Assembly: GCA_964428495.1 (NCBI GenBank)
Contig: CAYRXY010000001.1
Span: 33,473-97,472, forward strand
Direction of reading: 5' to 3'
DNA from: an uncultured archaeon
GTDB lineage: Archaea > Aenigmatarchaeota > Aenigmatarchaeia > GW2011-AR5 > JAHLMP01
Length of the DNA stretch: 64,000 nt
The notes under the pieces are model-generated. The model saw nothing but the letters and a program-made list of their open reading frames with translations, ran no database searches and had not been told where the DNA came from. Shown here one piece after another: positions 44,427 through 53,766 of this stretch (its first letter is position 1; each line of letters begins with the position of its first letter). The position numbers and the translations under genes are program-made.

Positions 44427-47161
44427 TATTTGTGAGTTCTTATAAATGTCTTTTCAGCCTTGAATATTAATTTCAAAAGCTCTTCCTCGTTCTTTGGGAT
44501 TTTTGCTAAAATTCTTGCAGCTTGCTCTGGTCCCACACCGTGAGCAGCTAATGTCATAATTGCTTTATGACCATAAGTTATTACTAAATTAGCACTCTTT
44601 CTAAGTTCTTCATACATCTTTCTCTCCCGTCTATTAAGTTTTCCTTTCCTTTTCATTTTCCTCAAAATTTTTTCTATTTCATCAAAATCTCTTGTAGCAA
44701 CACCTATTAGCCTTGATCCGCAGAGTGGACATTCAGGTGTTTCCTCAACATCTTTTACCCTTGTTGTAAGTTTGAAGTCATAACAGTTCATACACACAAT
44801 CATTATCGTTTTGTTCAATAGTCTACGTTTGAAGAACTTGAAGATCTCTTCTTTAGGTTCTTTTGGTGTAAGATACCCACTGAACTGATATAGAAGTGAA
44901 TTTCTGCCAAGAGGACTTAGTTTTTTTCTAGAGATAAAAAAGTTTATTTCACCTTTCTTTATCTTCTCTAATATTTTCCTTGTATTTTCTAAATCGAGCT
45001 TGTCTGTGAATATCTCTCTTATAGTTTCGTCATAGACAGGCATACCTCTGTAGTATGAAATAATTTTGTTTATGTTAACATCGTTCCAACTAACATTTCT
45101 TTCCATAACCCCAAATCTTTTTGCAACTTGTATGAACCTCCACTTAAATAAATTACTTTCCTCTAGGGATTGGATTATCATGGATCTAAGATTTCTTGGT
45201 TGATGTAAAATTTCGACAATATCTTCCGGCTTTCCTAGAGACTTTATGATAATGGAGTACGGATTTGTTTTCATTTTTACAGAAGTTCCGTATTTTGATG
45301 TTAAAAAAGAGCTTATGTACATACCTAATGTCTCGTTTATCAGTGAACCAAAGAATGAGTGAATTATTATAAAGTCTTTGTTATGCTCTATCCAAATTTC
45401 ATGAGGTCCTGGTATGAAGAATTTGCTCTGTTTCTTTATTAGTTTTTTGACGCTATCATAATCTCCGCTCACCTCTTCTATTTCCTTATTTTCTAAAATT
45501 TCTTTCATTAATCTTCCAACATCAGAAGTCACTCCATAGTGTACAGGGATTAGTTCTCCCTGCCACGACGGAATAGCTGATTCTATGTCGGTGGTTGGTT
45601 CAACAAATACTTTATCATCAACCGTTTGAACAACCCTCCACGTACTTCCTTTAAAAACAAAACTATTTTCAGGAGTACAGTATTCAGCGACAAAACTCTC
45701 ATCTAGGTTTCCAATATATTCCTTAGTAACAACGTTAATTACTTTGTAATGTCTGGTATCGGGTATTGTAGAAAGTTTTCCAAAATAATATTCCCATGCC
45801 CTTTTTCTTAGATATACTCTTTTTTCTATAGCATTTATTCTTATGATACCTATACGAGATAAGAATGATATGACAAGTAAGAATGTCTTCTTTTTAAGGT
45901 TTCTATATGGAAATGTGTTTTTGATTCTTCTATAAATTTCATCTATTGTTAGGCCCTTTTGGTCTAACGAAAAACCAATAATTTGATGTGCTAGTACATC
46001 TAAAGCACCTTCATGTACTACCGTTTTTTCTAATTTCTTTCTCTTTAACCGTCTTACTATTGCAAGAGACTCTAGAAAGCTATCGTCATCGGAAATAACA
46101 ACTCCCTTTGAAATCTCAGAAATCTTATGACCACTTCTTCCCACCCTTTGAACCAATTTTGTTACCTGTCTTGGAGATAGATATTGAATTATCAGGTCTA
46201 CGGTACCGATATCTATCCCAAGCTCTAATGATGACGTTGCTATTAATGCCTTTAATTTTTGCTCTTTGAAGTCCTTTTCTGCTTTTATCCTTACGTTCTT
46301 TGAAAGAGAACTATGATGGACATCATGTGCAACAGTCTGATCCAGCATGTTTATCCTTGATGAAAGAATTTCTGCTGTCTGTCTTGTATTCGTGAAAACG
46401 ATTGCAGATTTGTGTTGTTTTATTAGATTTATTATTTCCACGATTCTTGCAATAGTTTTTACATCTATCAATAACTCATCTTCCAGTTTTTTGTGTTCTT
46501 CAGTTGTTTTAGGTAAGATTATTCTTACGTCCATTTTCTTTTCTTGTTCACTCTTCACGATCTTCATATTACCAAAAAATTTTGAAACGAGTCTTTCCGA
46601 TCCGATAGTTGCGGATAGTCCAATCAATTGAAAGTTAGATATCATTCTCAACCTTTCTAACGCAACTGCTAACTGCGTACCTCGTTTACTAGAAACAACT
46701 TCATGTATTTCGTCGATTACGACAAATTTTATATTGGATAGATGCTTTCTCATTTTCTTTCCAGGCAAGATTGCTTGTAGCGTCTCCGGTGTTGTTATCA
46801 ATATATCAGGTGGGGTTTCTCTTTGTTCTGCCCTTTCCCGTTGTAGCGTATCTCCATGGCGGATTGCTATCTCTAACTCAAGTTTATCTGCCCACCAGAA
46901 TAATCTACGAAACATATCGCGATTGAGACTTCTCAACGGAGTTATATAAAGAACTGAGATCGGCTTGTATTTTTCCTCGATAAGTCTACTAAATATAGGT
47001 AGCATGCACGCTTCTGTTTTTCCCATACCAGTGCCAGCAATAACTAACGTGTCGTCTCCTCGAAGGATAACAGGTATGACTCTTTTCTGAATCTCCGTCG
47101 ATTCTCTAAATCGATTTTCAACAAGCTTACGAAGTTTTTCGTTTAATAATTCAAAAACCAT
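44417..47161 (-). CDS. lhr: Lhr-type large DExH-box ATP-dependent helicase
   Basis: 914 aa. Walker A AGTGMGKT, DExH VIDEIHEV, motif VI QRVGRSGH, a long C-terminal extension with CMNC...CPLCGS. Adjacent to a metallophosphoesterase. Confidence 0.85.
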   Translation of the reverse strand: MVFELLNEKLRKLVENRFRESTEIQKRVIPVILRGDDTLVIAGTGMGKTEACMLPIFSRLIEEKYKPISVLYITPLRSLNRDMFRRLFWWADKLELEIAIRHGDTLQRERAEQRETPPDILITTPETLQAILPGKKMRKHLSNIKFVVIDEIHEVVSSKRGTQLAVALERLRMISNFQLIGLSATIGSERLVSKFFGNMKIVKSEQEKKMDVRIILPKTTEEHKKLEDELLIDVKTIARIVEIINLIKQHKSAIVFTNTRQTAEILSSRINMLDQTVAHDVHHSSLSKNVRIKAEKDFKEQKLKALIATSSLELGIDIGTVDLIIQYLSPRQVTKLVQRVGRSGHKISEISKGVVISDDDSFLESLAIVRRLKRKKLEKTVVHEGALDVLAHQIIGFSLDQKGLTIDEIYRRIKNTFPYRNLKKKTFLLVISFLSRIGIIRINAIEKRVYLRKRAWEYYFGKLSTIPDTRHYKVINVVTKEYIGNLDESFVAEYCTPENSFVFKGSTWRVVQTVDDKVFVEPTTDIESAIPSWQGELIPVHYGVTSDVGRLMKEILENKEIEEVSGDYDSVKKLIKKQSKFFIPGPHEIWIEHNKDFIIIHSFFGSLINETLGMYISSFLTSKYGTSVKMKTNPYSIIIKSLGKPEDIVEILHQPRNLRSMIIQSLEESNLFKWRFIQVAKRFGVMERNVSWNDVNINKIISYYRGMPVYDETIREIFTDKLDLENTRKILEKIKKGEINFFISRKKLSPLGRNSLLYQFSGYLTPKEPKEEIFKFFKRRLLNKTIMIVCMNCYDFKLTTRVKDVEETPECPLCGSRLIGVATRDFDEIEKILRKMKRKGKLNRRERKMYEELRKSANLVITYGHKAIMTLAAHGVGPEQAARILAKIPKNEEELLKLIFKAEKTFIRTHKYWR

Positions 47162-47165
47162 TCCA

Positions 47166-47861
47166 TCACCTTAACTCTTTAACTTTACCGATGTATGTTC
47201 CGTCGAGAAGATAACACTCTGAATTTAGCAGATCTATTTTTCTTGCTACCGGGCCCAGGAGTTCATCCTCATTCTTTACTTCATTAATGTAAACCCCACC
47301 AACAAGATTACTGAAAGCAGGCATTATTATAATTTTCTGTTCTGTTTCTTTATGTCTACCAATTATCCAAACTTTTTTTACATATTTAGCCCCAAATTTA
47401 TCTTTTATTCTTATCAGTGGGTGATTATGTGCAATTACTATTGTACTAGCCTTATTCTCTCTTGGTCTTGTGTGACCATGAAGGAGCAAAATCCTTTTTA
47501 TAAGAATTCCACGACTATCAAGAGTCTTGATCCCTTTAGGTATTAAATCGCCTAGTCGACCATCATGGTTACCGGGAGTGATAATAATTTCTACATTTTT
47601 CTTTACTTCTCTTAAGATCTTTGGTACTATCAACTTCTCCATTCGCTTTATGAATGGAACATTGTGCTTAAGATCACCAAGAATTAGAAGTCTTTTAGCT
47701 TTTGTCTTTTTCACTAACTTGTTTATTCTCTTAGCTATCTCTTCTGATTGATCGATCCAAATACCTTTATGAAATATTTCATATTCTATTCCTAGATGTA
47801 AATCTGCTATGACTAAGGTTTTTTCAACCTTGAGTGCCGGTTCGCCTATGATAAATTTCAT
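47166..47861 (-). CDS. Metallophosphoesterase (MPE, SbcD/Mre11-related archaeal type)
   Basis: 231 aa. Calcineurin-like motifs IADLHLG, GDLKHN, GNHD, LHGH, AHNHP. Ends 4 nt upstream of lhr. Confidence 0.8.
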   Translation of the reverse strand: MKFIIGEPALKVEKTLVIADLHLGIEYEIFHKGIWIDQSEEIAKRINKLVKKTKAKRLLILGDLKHNVPFIKRMEKLIVPKILREVKKNVEIIITPGNHDGRLGDLIPKGIKTLDSRGILIKRILLLHGHTRPRENKASTIVIAHNHPLIRIKDKFGAKYVKKVWIIGRHKETEQKIIIMPAFSNLVGGVYINEVKNEDELLGPVARKIDLLNSECYLLDGTYIGKVKELR

Positions 47862-47898
47862 AATTAGAATTTAACTTGAAATTATTTACCTCTTTTAA

Positions 47899-48004
47899 TG
47901 GGGCCGCCCGGATTTGAACCGGGGTCGCTGGCTTTTCAGCTTGAGCGTCCCATTTGGCGGGTAGTCCCTAAGCCAGAGTGATAGCCAAGCTACACCACGG
48001 CCCC
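47899..48004 (-). tRNA. Intron-containing tRNA, Pro-like body, apparent anticodon AGG (32-nt intron at 37/38)
   Basis: Reverse strand GGGGCCG TG GTGT AGCTTGGCTA TCAC T CTGGC TTAGGG|intron 47965-47934|A GCCAG CGAC CCCGG TTCAAAT CCGGG CGGCCCC A. BHB support: nt 32-35 TTAG pair with intron CTGA, bulges GGA and AAA. The isotype and anticodon need a covariance-model check. Confidence 0.75.
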
Positions 48005-48583
48005 TCACTCTTTTTGCTCAATGAAATCATCTATTTTTAATTTTAGTTCGTTACCTTTTAATCTTAAAATTTCTCTAGTTAGAAGAAACATTATCAATGC
48101 TATTGATTTTCTCCCTTTATTATTACAAGGTATGACTAGATCAACATAATCAGTACTGTTAAACGTATTACATAAGGCTACTATTGGTATTCTAGCCTTA
48201 AGGGCTTCTTCTATTGCTTGTTCATCTATAAATGGATCTGAAACAAATAGGACATCAGGTTCTATGTATTTTTCATAGTTAGGATTTGTTAGAGTACCTG
48301 GCATGAATCGGCCATGTATAAATGTAGCTCCTATTTCTTTTGCAAAGATTTCCATAGGTTTTTTAATTTTTCTGCTAGCGACGAGTATATTATTGTATCT
48401 TGAAAGAAATTTAGCAGCTATTTGTATTCTTTTGTCTATCATCTTAATATCGAGCATGGCCAACCCATTTGGTAAAACCTTGAATATGAACCTTCTCATA
48501 TCTTTATTTTTTGAAGTCGTTCCAATATGTACACCATGCTTAAGATATACATCCCTTGGTATCAGCAAGTTCTCCTCTGCCAT
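48005..48583 (-). CDS. rps2: 30S ribosomal protein S2 (uS2)
   Basis: 192 aa. GVHIGTTSKNKDMRRFIFKVLPNGLAMLDI... and VSDPFIDEQAIEEA... match the uS2 pattern. The stop codon abuts the tRNA 5' end. Confidence 0.9.
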   Translation of the reverse strand: MAEENLLIPRDVYLKHGVHIGTTSKNKDMRRFIFKVLPNGLAMLDIKMIDKRIQIAAKFLSRYNNILVASRKIKKPMEIFAKEIGATFIHGRFMPGTLTNPNYEKYIEPDVLFVSDPFIDEQAIEEALKARIPIVALCNTFNSTDYVDLVIPCNNKGRKSIALIMFLLTREILRLKGNELKLKIDDFIEQKE

Positions 48584-48644
48584 ATTTAACCACCAATGAT
48601 AATCTTCTGTTTTGTTTTTAATATTTTAAAGTTTTAAACTAGGT

Positions 48645-50741
48645 CTATTTCCATAGATATAAATACATTGTTGCGGGTTGAAGCTTCCCAAAGTTATTCT
48701 GAAGTAATATCTCTCTATCTAAGGCATAGATCTCAGCTCCTCTCTGTGGAACAGATGGGCCAAAATTAAAAACCGTTTCATTATTGCTAATTATCGATAT
48801 GTGAAAGTTGTATCTACTTGGTATTTGATTTTTCAATTGATTATATTTTGCAAGATTGTGATAAAGTTGGTTAACTTCGGTTTCGTTGAGAGATCTATTA
48901 TAAATATAGACCTCGTCGATGGTGCCGTTGAAATATAGTTGACCGCTCCTCCTCGCTCCAATCAAAACAGGTGAAGTGGTTTTAGGCATTGACAAGTCAC
49001 TTTGCGGATCTATATAAGTTACAGGTTTAGACTTACCATCCACATAAAGAGTTATTGTATTTCCACTTCGAACCCCTGCAACATGATGCCAAACGCCCGG
49101 TGTTATCCATGCACTCGTGGTCTCTGCTCTAAAATAAGTAGTACCATCACCCAAGTGAAGCTCAAGTCTTAAGTGACCAGATCTTATGTTTAATTCATAG
49201 GGATTTAGTGCTTTAGAAATTATAGCATGATAACCTGTTATATTATCTGATTTTATCCATGCCTCAATCGTTATCGCATTGGTAATATCCAAACTATCGT
49301 CATCGGAAACTTCAACATAATCATCTACTCCATCAAAACTTATCGCATTACCATATTTGCTCCCACCTTTATTGCTTGAATAGACTATATGGTGTGTATC
49401 GTGAACTGTTTGGCCATCACCTTCGTCAAATCGCCAATATGCAACAAGACCGTCTCTGATGAAGGTGTTGTTATCATAGATGGATTTTATTTTTTCGTCC
49501 GAGAGGGCATGGTTGTATATACGGATTTCATCGATTGTACCATTGAAATAATCGTGATATGCAGGCCAAACACCTATTGTTATAGGCCCTGAATTTTGAA
49601 CAGGTTTCCACCCACTCACAGCGACTTTACTGATTCTGAGTTGTCCATCTACGTAAAGTAGGTATGTGTTACTTGATGCGTTATAAACCAATGATACACT
49701 ATGAAATTTTCCATCGTCTACCTGAAAGTTACTGTCGAGATAGTATTCTGAAGAACCATTTCCAACTCTCGCGAATATCTCCTTTGAGGAATTAGTAATA
49801 TAGATATGATATGGATCGTTGTATCCATATCCTGTAGGATTTTTGTCTATTAATGTCCAGAATCCCTTGGCTATTGGCCCAGGTCCATTATACTTAAATA
49901 ATACCTCTACTGTAAATGAAGTGTAATTTTGAACTGAAGGTGAGTCAGGAATTTCAACATAATCATCCACACCATCAAAACTCAATGCCTTACCAAACTT
50001 ACCTTCTGTCCAGTTTGCGCCGTAAACTGTGCCATCATTGAAGTTTTCGCCATAGAAAGTTCCTGTATTTTCATGGTTACTATAGTCGATAAATGTACTA
50101 TCGAACGGCTCATCAAATGTGTAGTATGCTACAAGATGATCTGGATCATAAACGGAAAATGTTTCTAGTTTCTTGAATTGTACAGCTTCAAATGCCTCGA
50201 TTGGCTCAACAATTTCTGTTAGATTATCATCTCCAGTTATCGTTGTATCGCAGAACGGTGTTGCAAAGTTAGAATCATCATCAAAGTATACATAGAATCT
50301 CTTCACTTCTAAAAGTTTGATTGGTGTAGAAAATTTGATGGTTTTTGTACTTGGATCGATCTCACATTTTATAGCATTCTCACTGCTATTATAAACTCTT
50401 ATTGAATTGAAATCTATATTTGTTATTCCAAGCTGACTTAGGTTTATTTGAACGAGTTCATTATTTAGATCTGTTAGTGTTGCAGATTGATTTCTTAAAT
50501 ATTCCTGGGAGTTATTGAGAACCACGGTGAATCTATATTCCTTTGAAAATAATCCAAGCTCGTTACCTTCACTCATAAGGTCATTTAGAATAGTTAGTGC
50601 ATAATTTCTCATCTCACCCCCTTCCGTTTCTTCCTTCAACAAGGTTATTCTATCCGTTGTGAAAAGTAGCGTAAATGCGAACATGATAATGAACATCCCG
50701 ACAGCTATTGCGAAATCAACCTGAGAAAGACCTTTTTTCAT
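48645..50741 (-). CDS. Large pilin-like surface protein with two LamG (concanavalin-A-like lectin) domains
   Basis: 698 aa. N-terminus MKKGLSQVDFAIAVGMFIIMFAFTLLF (K-G/L cleavage context, acidic residue at +5). Two LamG_3-like repeats (FDGVDDYVEIPDSPS...GTIDEIRIYNHALS and FDGVDDYVEVSDDDS...GTIDEVYIYNRSLN). Confidence 0.7.
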   Translation of the reverse strand: MKKGLSQVDFAIAVGMFIIMFAFTLLFTTDRITLLKEETEGGEMRNYALTILNDLMSEGNELGLFSKEYRFTVVLNNSQEYLRNQSATLTDLNNELVQINLSQLGITNIDFNSIRVYNSSENAIKCEIDPSTKTIKFSTPIKLLEVKRFYVYFDDDSNFATPFCDTTITGDDNLTEIVEPIEAFEAVQFKKLETFSVYDPDHLVAYYTFDEPFDSTFIDYSNHENTGTFYGENFNDGTVYGANWTEGKFGKALSFDGVDDYVEIPDSPSVQNYTSFTVEVLFKYNGPGPIAKGFWTLIDKNPTGYGYNDPYHIYITNSSKEIFARVGNGSSEYYLDSNFQVDDGKFHSVSLVYNASSNTYLLYVDGQLRISKVAVSGWKPVQNSGPITIGVWPAYHDYFNGTIDEIRIYNHALSDEKIKSIYDNNTFIRDGLVAYWRFDEGDGQTVHDTHHIVYSSNKGGSKYGNAISFDGVDDYVEVSDDDSLDITNAITIEAWIKSDNITGYHAIISKALNPYELNIRSGHLRLELHLGDGTTYFRAETTSAWITPGVWHHVAGVRSGNTITLYVDGKSKPVTYIDPQSDLSMPKTTSPVLIGARRSGQLYFNGTIDEVYIYNRSLNETEVNQLYHNLAKYNQLKNQIPSRYNFHISIISNNETVFNFGPSVPQRGAEIYALDREILLQNNFGKLQPATMYLYLWK

Positions 50742-50841
50742 AATTATAATTTTTCAGGTGAGATAAAAAGATGATTTTAATGATAAACAAATTTTTAAAG
50801 GTTTGTCTACTAAGTAATTAACTATCGTAAAAGTGATAAGT

Positions 50842-53007
50842 ATGGCAAAGGACAAAACAAAATTAATTCAAGAACTTATGATGCGTAGAGATAAGATAAG
50901 GAATATTTCTATTGCTGCTCATATAGATCACGGAAAGACTACGATGACGGATAATTTGGTTGCGGGGGCTGGAATGCTTTCGGAGAATTTAGCTGGTAAA
51001 GCTCTATGGATGGATTTTGATGAACAAGAACAGGAAAGAGGTATTACCATTTATTCCGCTAACGTTTCTATGATTCATGAATATGATGGAGAGGATTACT
51101 TGGTTAATCTTATAGATACTCCTGGTCATGTTGATTTTGGAGGTGATGTTACTCGAGCTATGCGTGCTGTAGATGGAACTGTCATACTTGTTTGCGCTGT
51201 AGAGGGTGTCATGCCTCAGACGGAAACAGTCGTGAGACAGGCATTACATGAAAGAGTTAAACCAGTTTTATTCATCAATAAGGTGGATAGACTTATAAGG
51301 GAGCTAAAACTAACGCCAGAGCAAATGCAGGAAAGATTTCAAAACATAATAAAAGAGGTAAATAAACTCATAATGAAATACGTGGAGAAGGAATTTGCTG
51401 AAAAATGGTTAGTAAGTGTCGAGAATGGATCAGTCGCTTTTGGTTCTGCTTATCGAAATTGGGCTATTTCATTCCCTTATATGAAAAAGAAGGGTATAAC
51501 TTTCAAAGATATAATAGAATATGCCGGTACGGAACGTGACAAAGAACTTGCAAAGAAAGCTCCTCTTCATGAAGTGATTTTAGATATGGTTATCCATCAT
51601 TTACCATCTCCAATTGAAGCTCAAAAATATAGAATTGAAAAGATTTGGACTGGTAGTAAAGATGATTCTATCTACAAAGATATGGTGGAGTGTAATTCGA
51701 ATGGTAAGCTCGCGGCTGTAGTGACAAAGGTTGTTCCCGATCCTCATGCCGGTATGATTGCTACTGCAAGAATTTTCTCCGGTACATTAAAGAAGGGTCA
51801 ATTTGTTCATTTAGTCGGTAAGGGGATAAATAAGAGAATTCAACAGGTACTTCTGTATAAGGGCGCTCAACATATTCAAATGGATGAGGTACCCGCCGGA
51901 AACATAGTTGGTATAATTGGAATACCAGATGTATTCTCAGGAGAGACGATATGTGAGGCTGATAATCCTATCAAACCATTTGAAGCTATAAAACATATTT
52001 TTGAGCCTGTTGTTACAAAGTCTATTGAACCTAAAGATCCGAGAGATCTTCAAAAAGTTATTAACTTTTTGAGACAGGTAAATAGGGAGGATCCAACATT
52101 AAAGATTACTATAAATCAAGAAACAGGAGAATATTTAGTTTCTGGATTAGGAGAGCTTCATATTGATGCTAAGGTCGAGAGGCCATTGAAGGAAAAACTT
52201 GGTGTTGAGGTTAAGACATCCCCTCCTATAGTTGTTTACAGGGAGACTGTTAGAACTGCCAGCCCTGTTATAGAAGGTAAATCGTCAAACAAACATAACA
52301 GATTCTACATAATGGTTGAGCCACTTGAACAGGAAGTTTATCAGGCAATATTAGAGGATAAAATACCACAAGGTGTTGTTAAAGAGAAGGAGTTGTGGAA
52401 GAAGTTTGCCGAGTATGGAATGCCAAAAGAAGATGCAAAAGGAGTGAAGGAGGTTTATGATCGAAATGTATTTGTAGATGCAACAAAGGGTATTCAATAT
52501 TTGAATGAAACAATGGAGTTAATTTTGGAGGCGTTCAGACAGATATGTAGAGAAGGACCCCTTGCTAAGGAACCTGTTTCAGGAATAAAGGTCAAGTTGG
52601 TTGATGCAAAACTTCATGAGGACGCCATTCATAGAGGTCCTGCTCAGGTCATACCTGCTGTTAAGTATGCAATAGGTGATGCGATTCAACAAGCTAAACC
52701 TACGTTATTGGAGCCGGTTCAAATCATAAGAATAGATACTACTGAAGAAACTATGGGTAATGTCATAAATCTTGTTCAAAATAAGAGAGGTCAAGTATTG
52801 GATATGAAGACGGAGCAAGGTGCTGCGATAATTCAAGCAAAGCTTCCGGTAGCCGAGATGTTTGGGTTTGAGGCTGCATTAAAATCAGCAACAGGTGGTA
52901 AGGGATTCTATTCTTTGGTAGATGTAGTATTTGAAAAGATACCAGACGATCTAAGGGATATGGCTATAAAGAAAATTAGAGATAGAAAGGGTCTTTCTAA
53001 TGAATAG
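50842..53007 (+). CDS. fusA: Translation elongation factor 2 (aEF-2)
   Basis: GTPase motifs AHIDHGKTT, DTPGHVDF, NKVD. Diphthamide-loop HEDAIHRG. The ATG follows AGTGAT; the track start 50833 is the GTG in the SD. Confidence 0.95.
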   Translation: MAKDKTKLIQELMMRRDKIRNISIAAHIDHGKTTMTDNLVAGAGMLSENLAGKALWMDFDEQEQERGITIYSANVSMIHEYDGEDYLVNLIDTPGHVDFGGDVTRAMRAVDGTVILVCAVEGVMPQTETVVRQALHERVKPVLFINKVDRLIRELKLTPEQMQERFQNIIKEVNKLIMKYVEKEFAEKWLVSVENGSVAFGSAYRNWAISFPYMKKKGITFKDIIEYAGTERDKELAKKAPLHEVILDMVIHHLPSPIEAQKYRIEKIWTGSKDDSIYKDMVECNSNGKLAAVVTKVVPDPHAGMIATARIFSGTLKKGQFVHLVGKGINKRIQQVLLYKGAQHIQMDEVPAGNIVGIIGIPDVFSGETICEADNPIKPFEAIKHIFEPVVTKSIEPKDPRDLQKVINFLRQVNREDPTLKITINQETGEYLVSGLGELHIDAKVERPLKEKLGVEVKTSPPIVVYRETVRTASPVIEGKSSNKHNRFYIMVEPLEQEVYQAILEDKIPQGVVKEKELWKKFAEYGMPKEDAKGVKEVYDRNVFVDATKGIQYLNETMELILEAFRQICREGPLAKEPVSGIKVKLVDAKLHEDAIHRGPAQVIPAVKYAIGDAIQQAKPTLLEPVQIIRIDTTEETMGNVINLVQNKRGQVLDMKTEQGAAIIQAKLPVAEMFGFEAALKSATGGKGFYSLVDVVFEKIPDDLRDMAIKKIRDRKGLSNE

Positions 53008-53040
53008 TTTTAATAGTTTTTACTCCAAATAATTTCTTTC

Positions 53041-53766
53041 ATGATAATTGCAATAATTCCTGCATATAATGAAGAAAAAACGGTCGGTTCTGTAGTGAAG
53101 AAAGCTAAAAAATACGTAGATGAGGTCGTGGTTGTTAACGATGGATCTAAAGATAACACAGAAAAAAATGCAAAAAAAGTTGGCGCTAAGGTCCTTAGTC
53201 ATAAGATAAATAAGGGATTTGGCGCTGCTATTAGGACTGGTATAAACTATGCTCTTAAGAAAAGGGCTGATGTTATTATATTTCTTGATGCTGATGGACA
53301 ACACGATCCTAAAGATATACCAAAGTTTGTTAAAGCCGTTCGTTCAGGATATGATTTCGTTCTTGGTGAGAGGGATATAAGTAAATATCCATTGATAAAG
53401 AAAATTGGAAACTTTATGCTAACAATTCTAACTAACTTAATTACAGGTATTTATATTCATGATACGGAAAGTGGTTATAGAGCATTTTCATATTCTGGGT
53501 TGAAGAAAGTATACCCACATCTACATGGAAAGAAGTATGAGATTGCGGCTGAAACTATTTTTGCTGTGAGTGCTTTAAACTTAAAGTACGCGAATGTAAA
53601 AGTAGCCTCCCCTGTCTATATTTATGGGAAGGGAGTTGGTGTAATGGATGGTATTAGGAATTTTTCATATCTTCTTAGAAAGAGGAAAAAAAGCTTGAAG
53701 ATGTACATAAGTGATTTCTTTTTTGTCCTGAAAATGTTTATAAGAGATTTACTCAGAAAATTTTAG
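53041..53766 (+). CDS. Family 2 glycosyltransferase (dolichyl-phosphate sugar synthase-like)
   Basis: 241 aa. IIPAYNEEKTV and the DxD in LDADGQHDP. One C-terminal hydrophobic segment. Confidence 0.75.
   Translation: MIIAIIPAYNEEKTVGSVVKKAKKYVDEVVVVNDGSKDNTEKNAKKVGAKVLSHKINKGFGAAIRTGINYALKKRADVIIFLDADGQHDPKDIPKFVKAVRSGYDFVLGERDISKYPLIKKIGNFMLTILTNLITGIYIHDTESGYRAFSYSGLKKVYPHLHGKKYEIAAETIFAVSALNLKYANVKVASPVYIYGKGVGVMDGIRNFSYLLRKRKKSLKMYISDFFFVLKMFIRDLLRKF

Noticed and set aside
47899-48004. Alternative reading of the intron-containing tRNA as tRNA-Phe (loop CTGAAAA, anticodon GAA) with an intron near position 31-33
   Set aside because: No bulge-helix-bulge can be drawn for those junctions (the required 4-bp helix would pair GGGA with AAAA). 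The canonical 37/38 junctions give a good TTAG/CTGA central helix with two 3-nt bulges. The acceptor and T-arm are also Pro-like rather than Phe-like.
50771-50821. 16-codon upstream ORF (MILMINKFLKVCLLSN) behind a GGTGAG-like motif in the aEF-2 leader
   Set aside because: It is short, AT-rich and has no recognisable function or conservation evidence. Such ORFs arise easily by chance in AT-rich spacers. It may simply be part of the promoter or leader.
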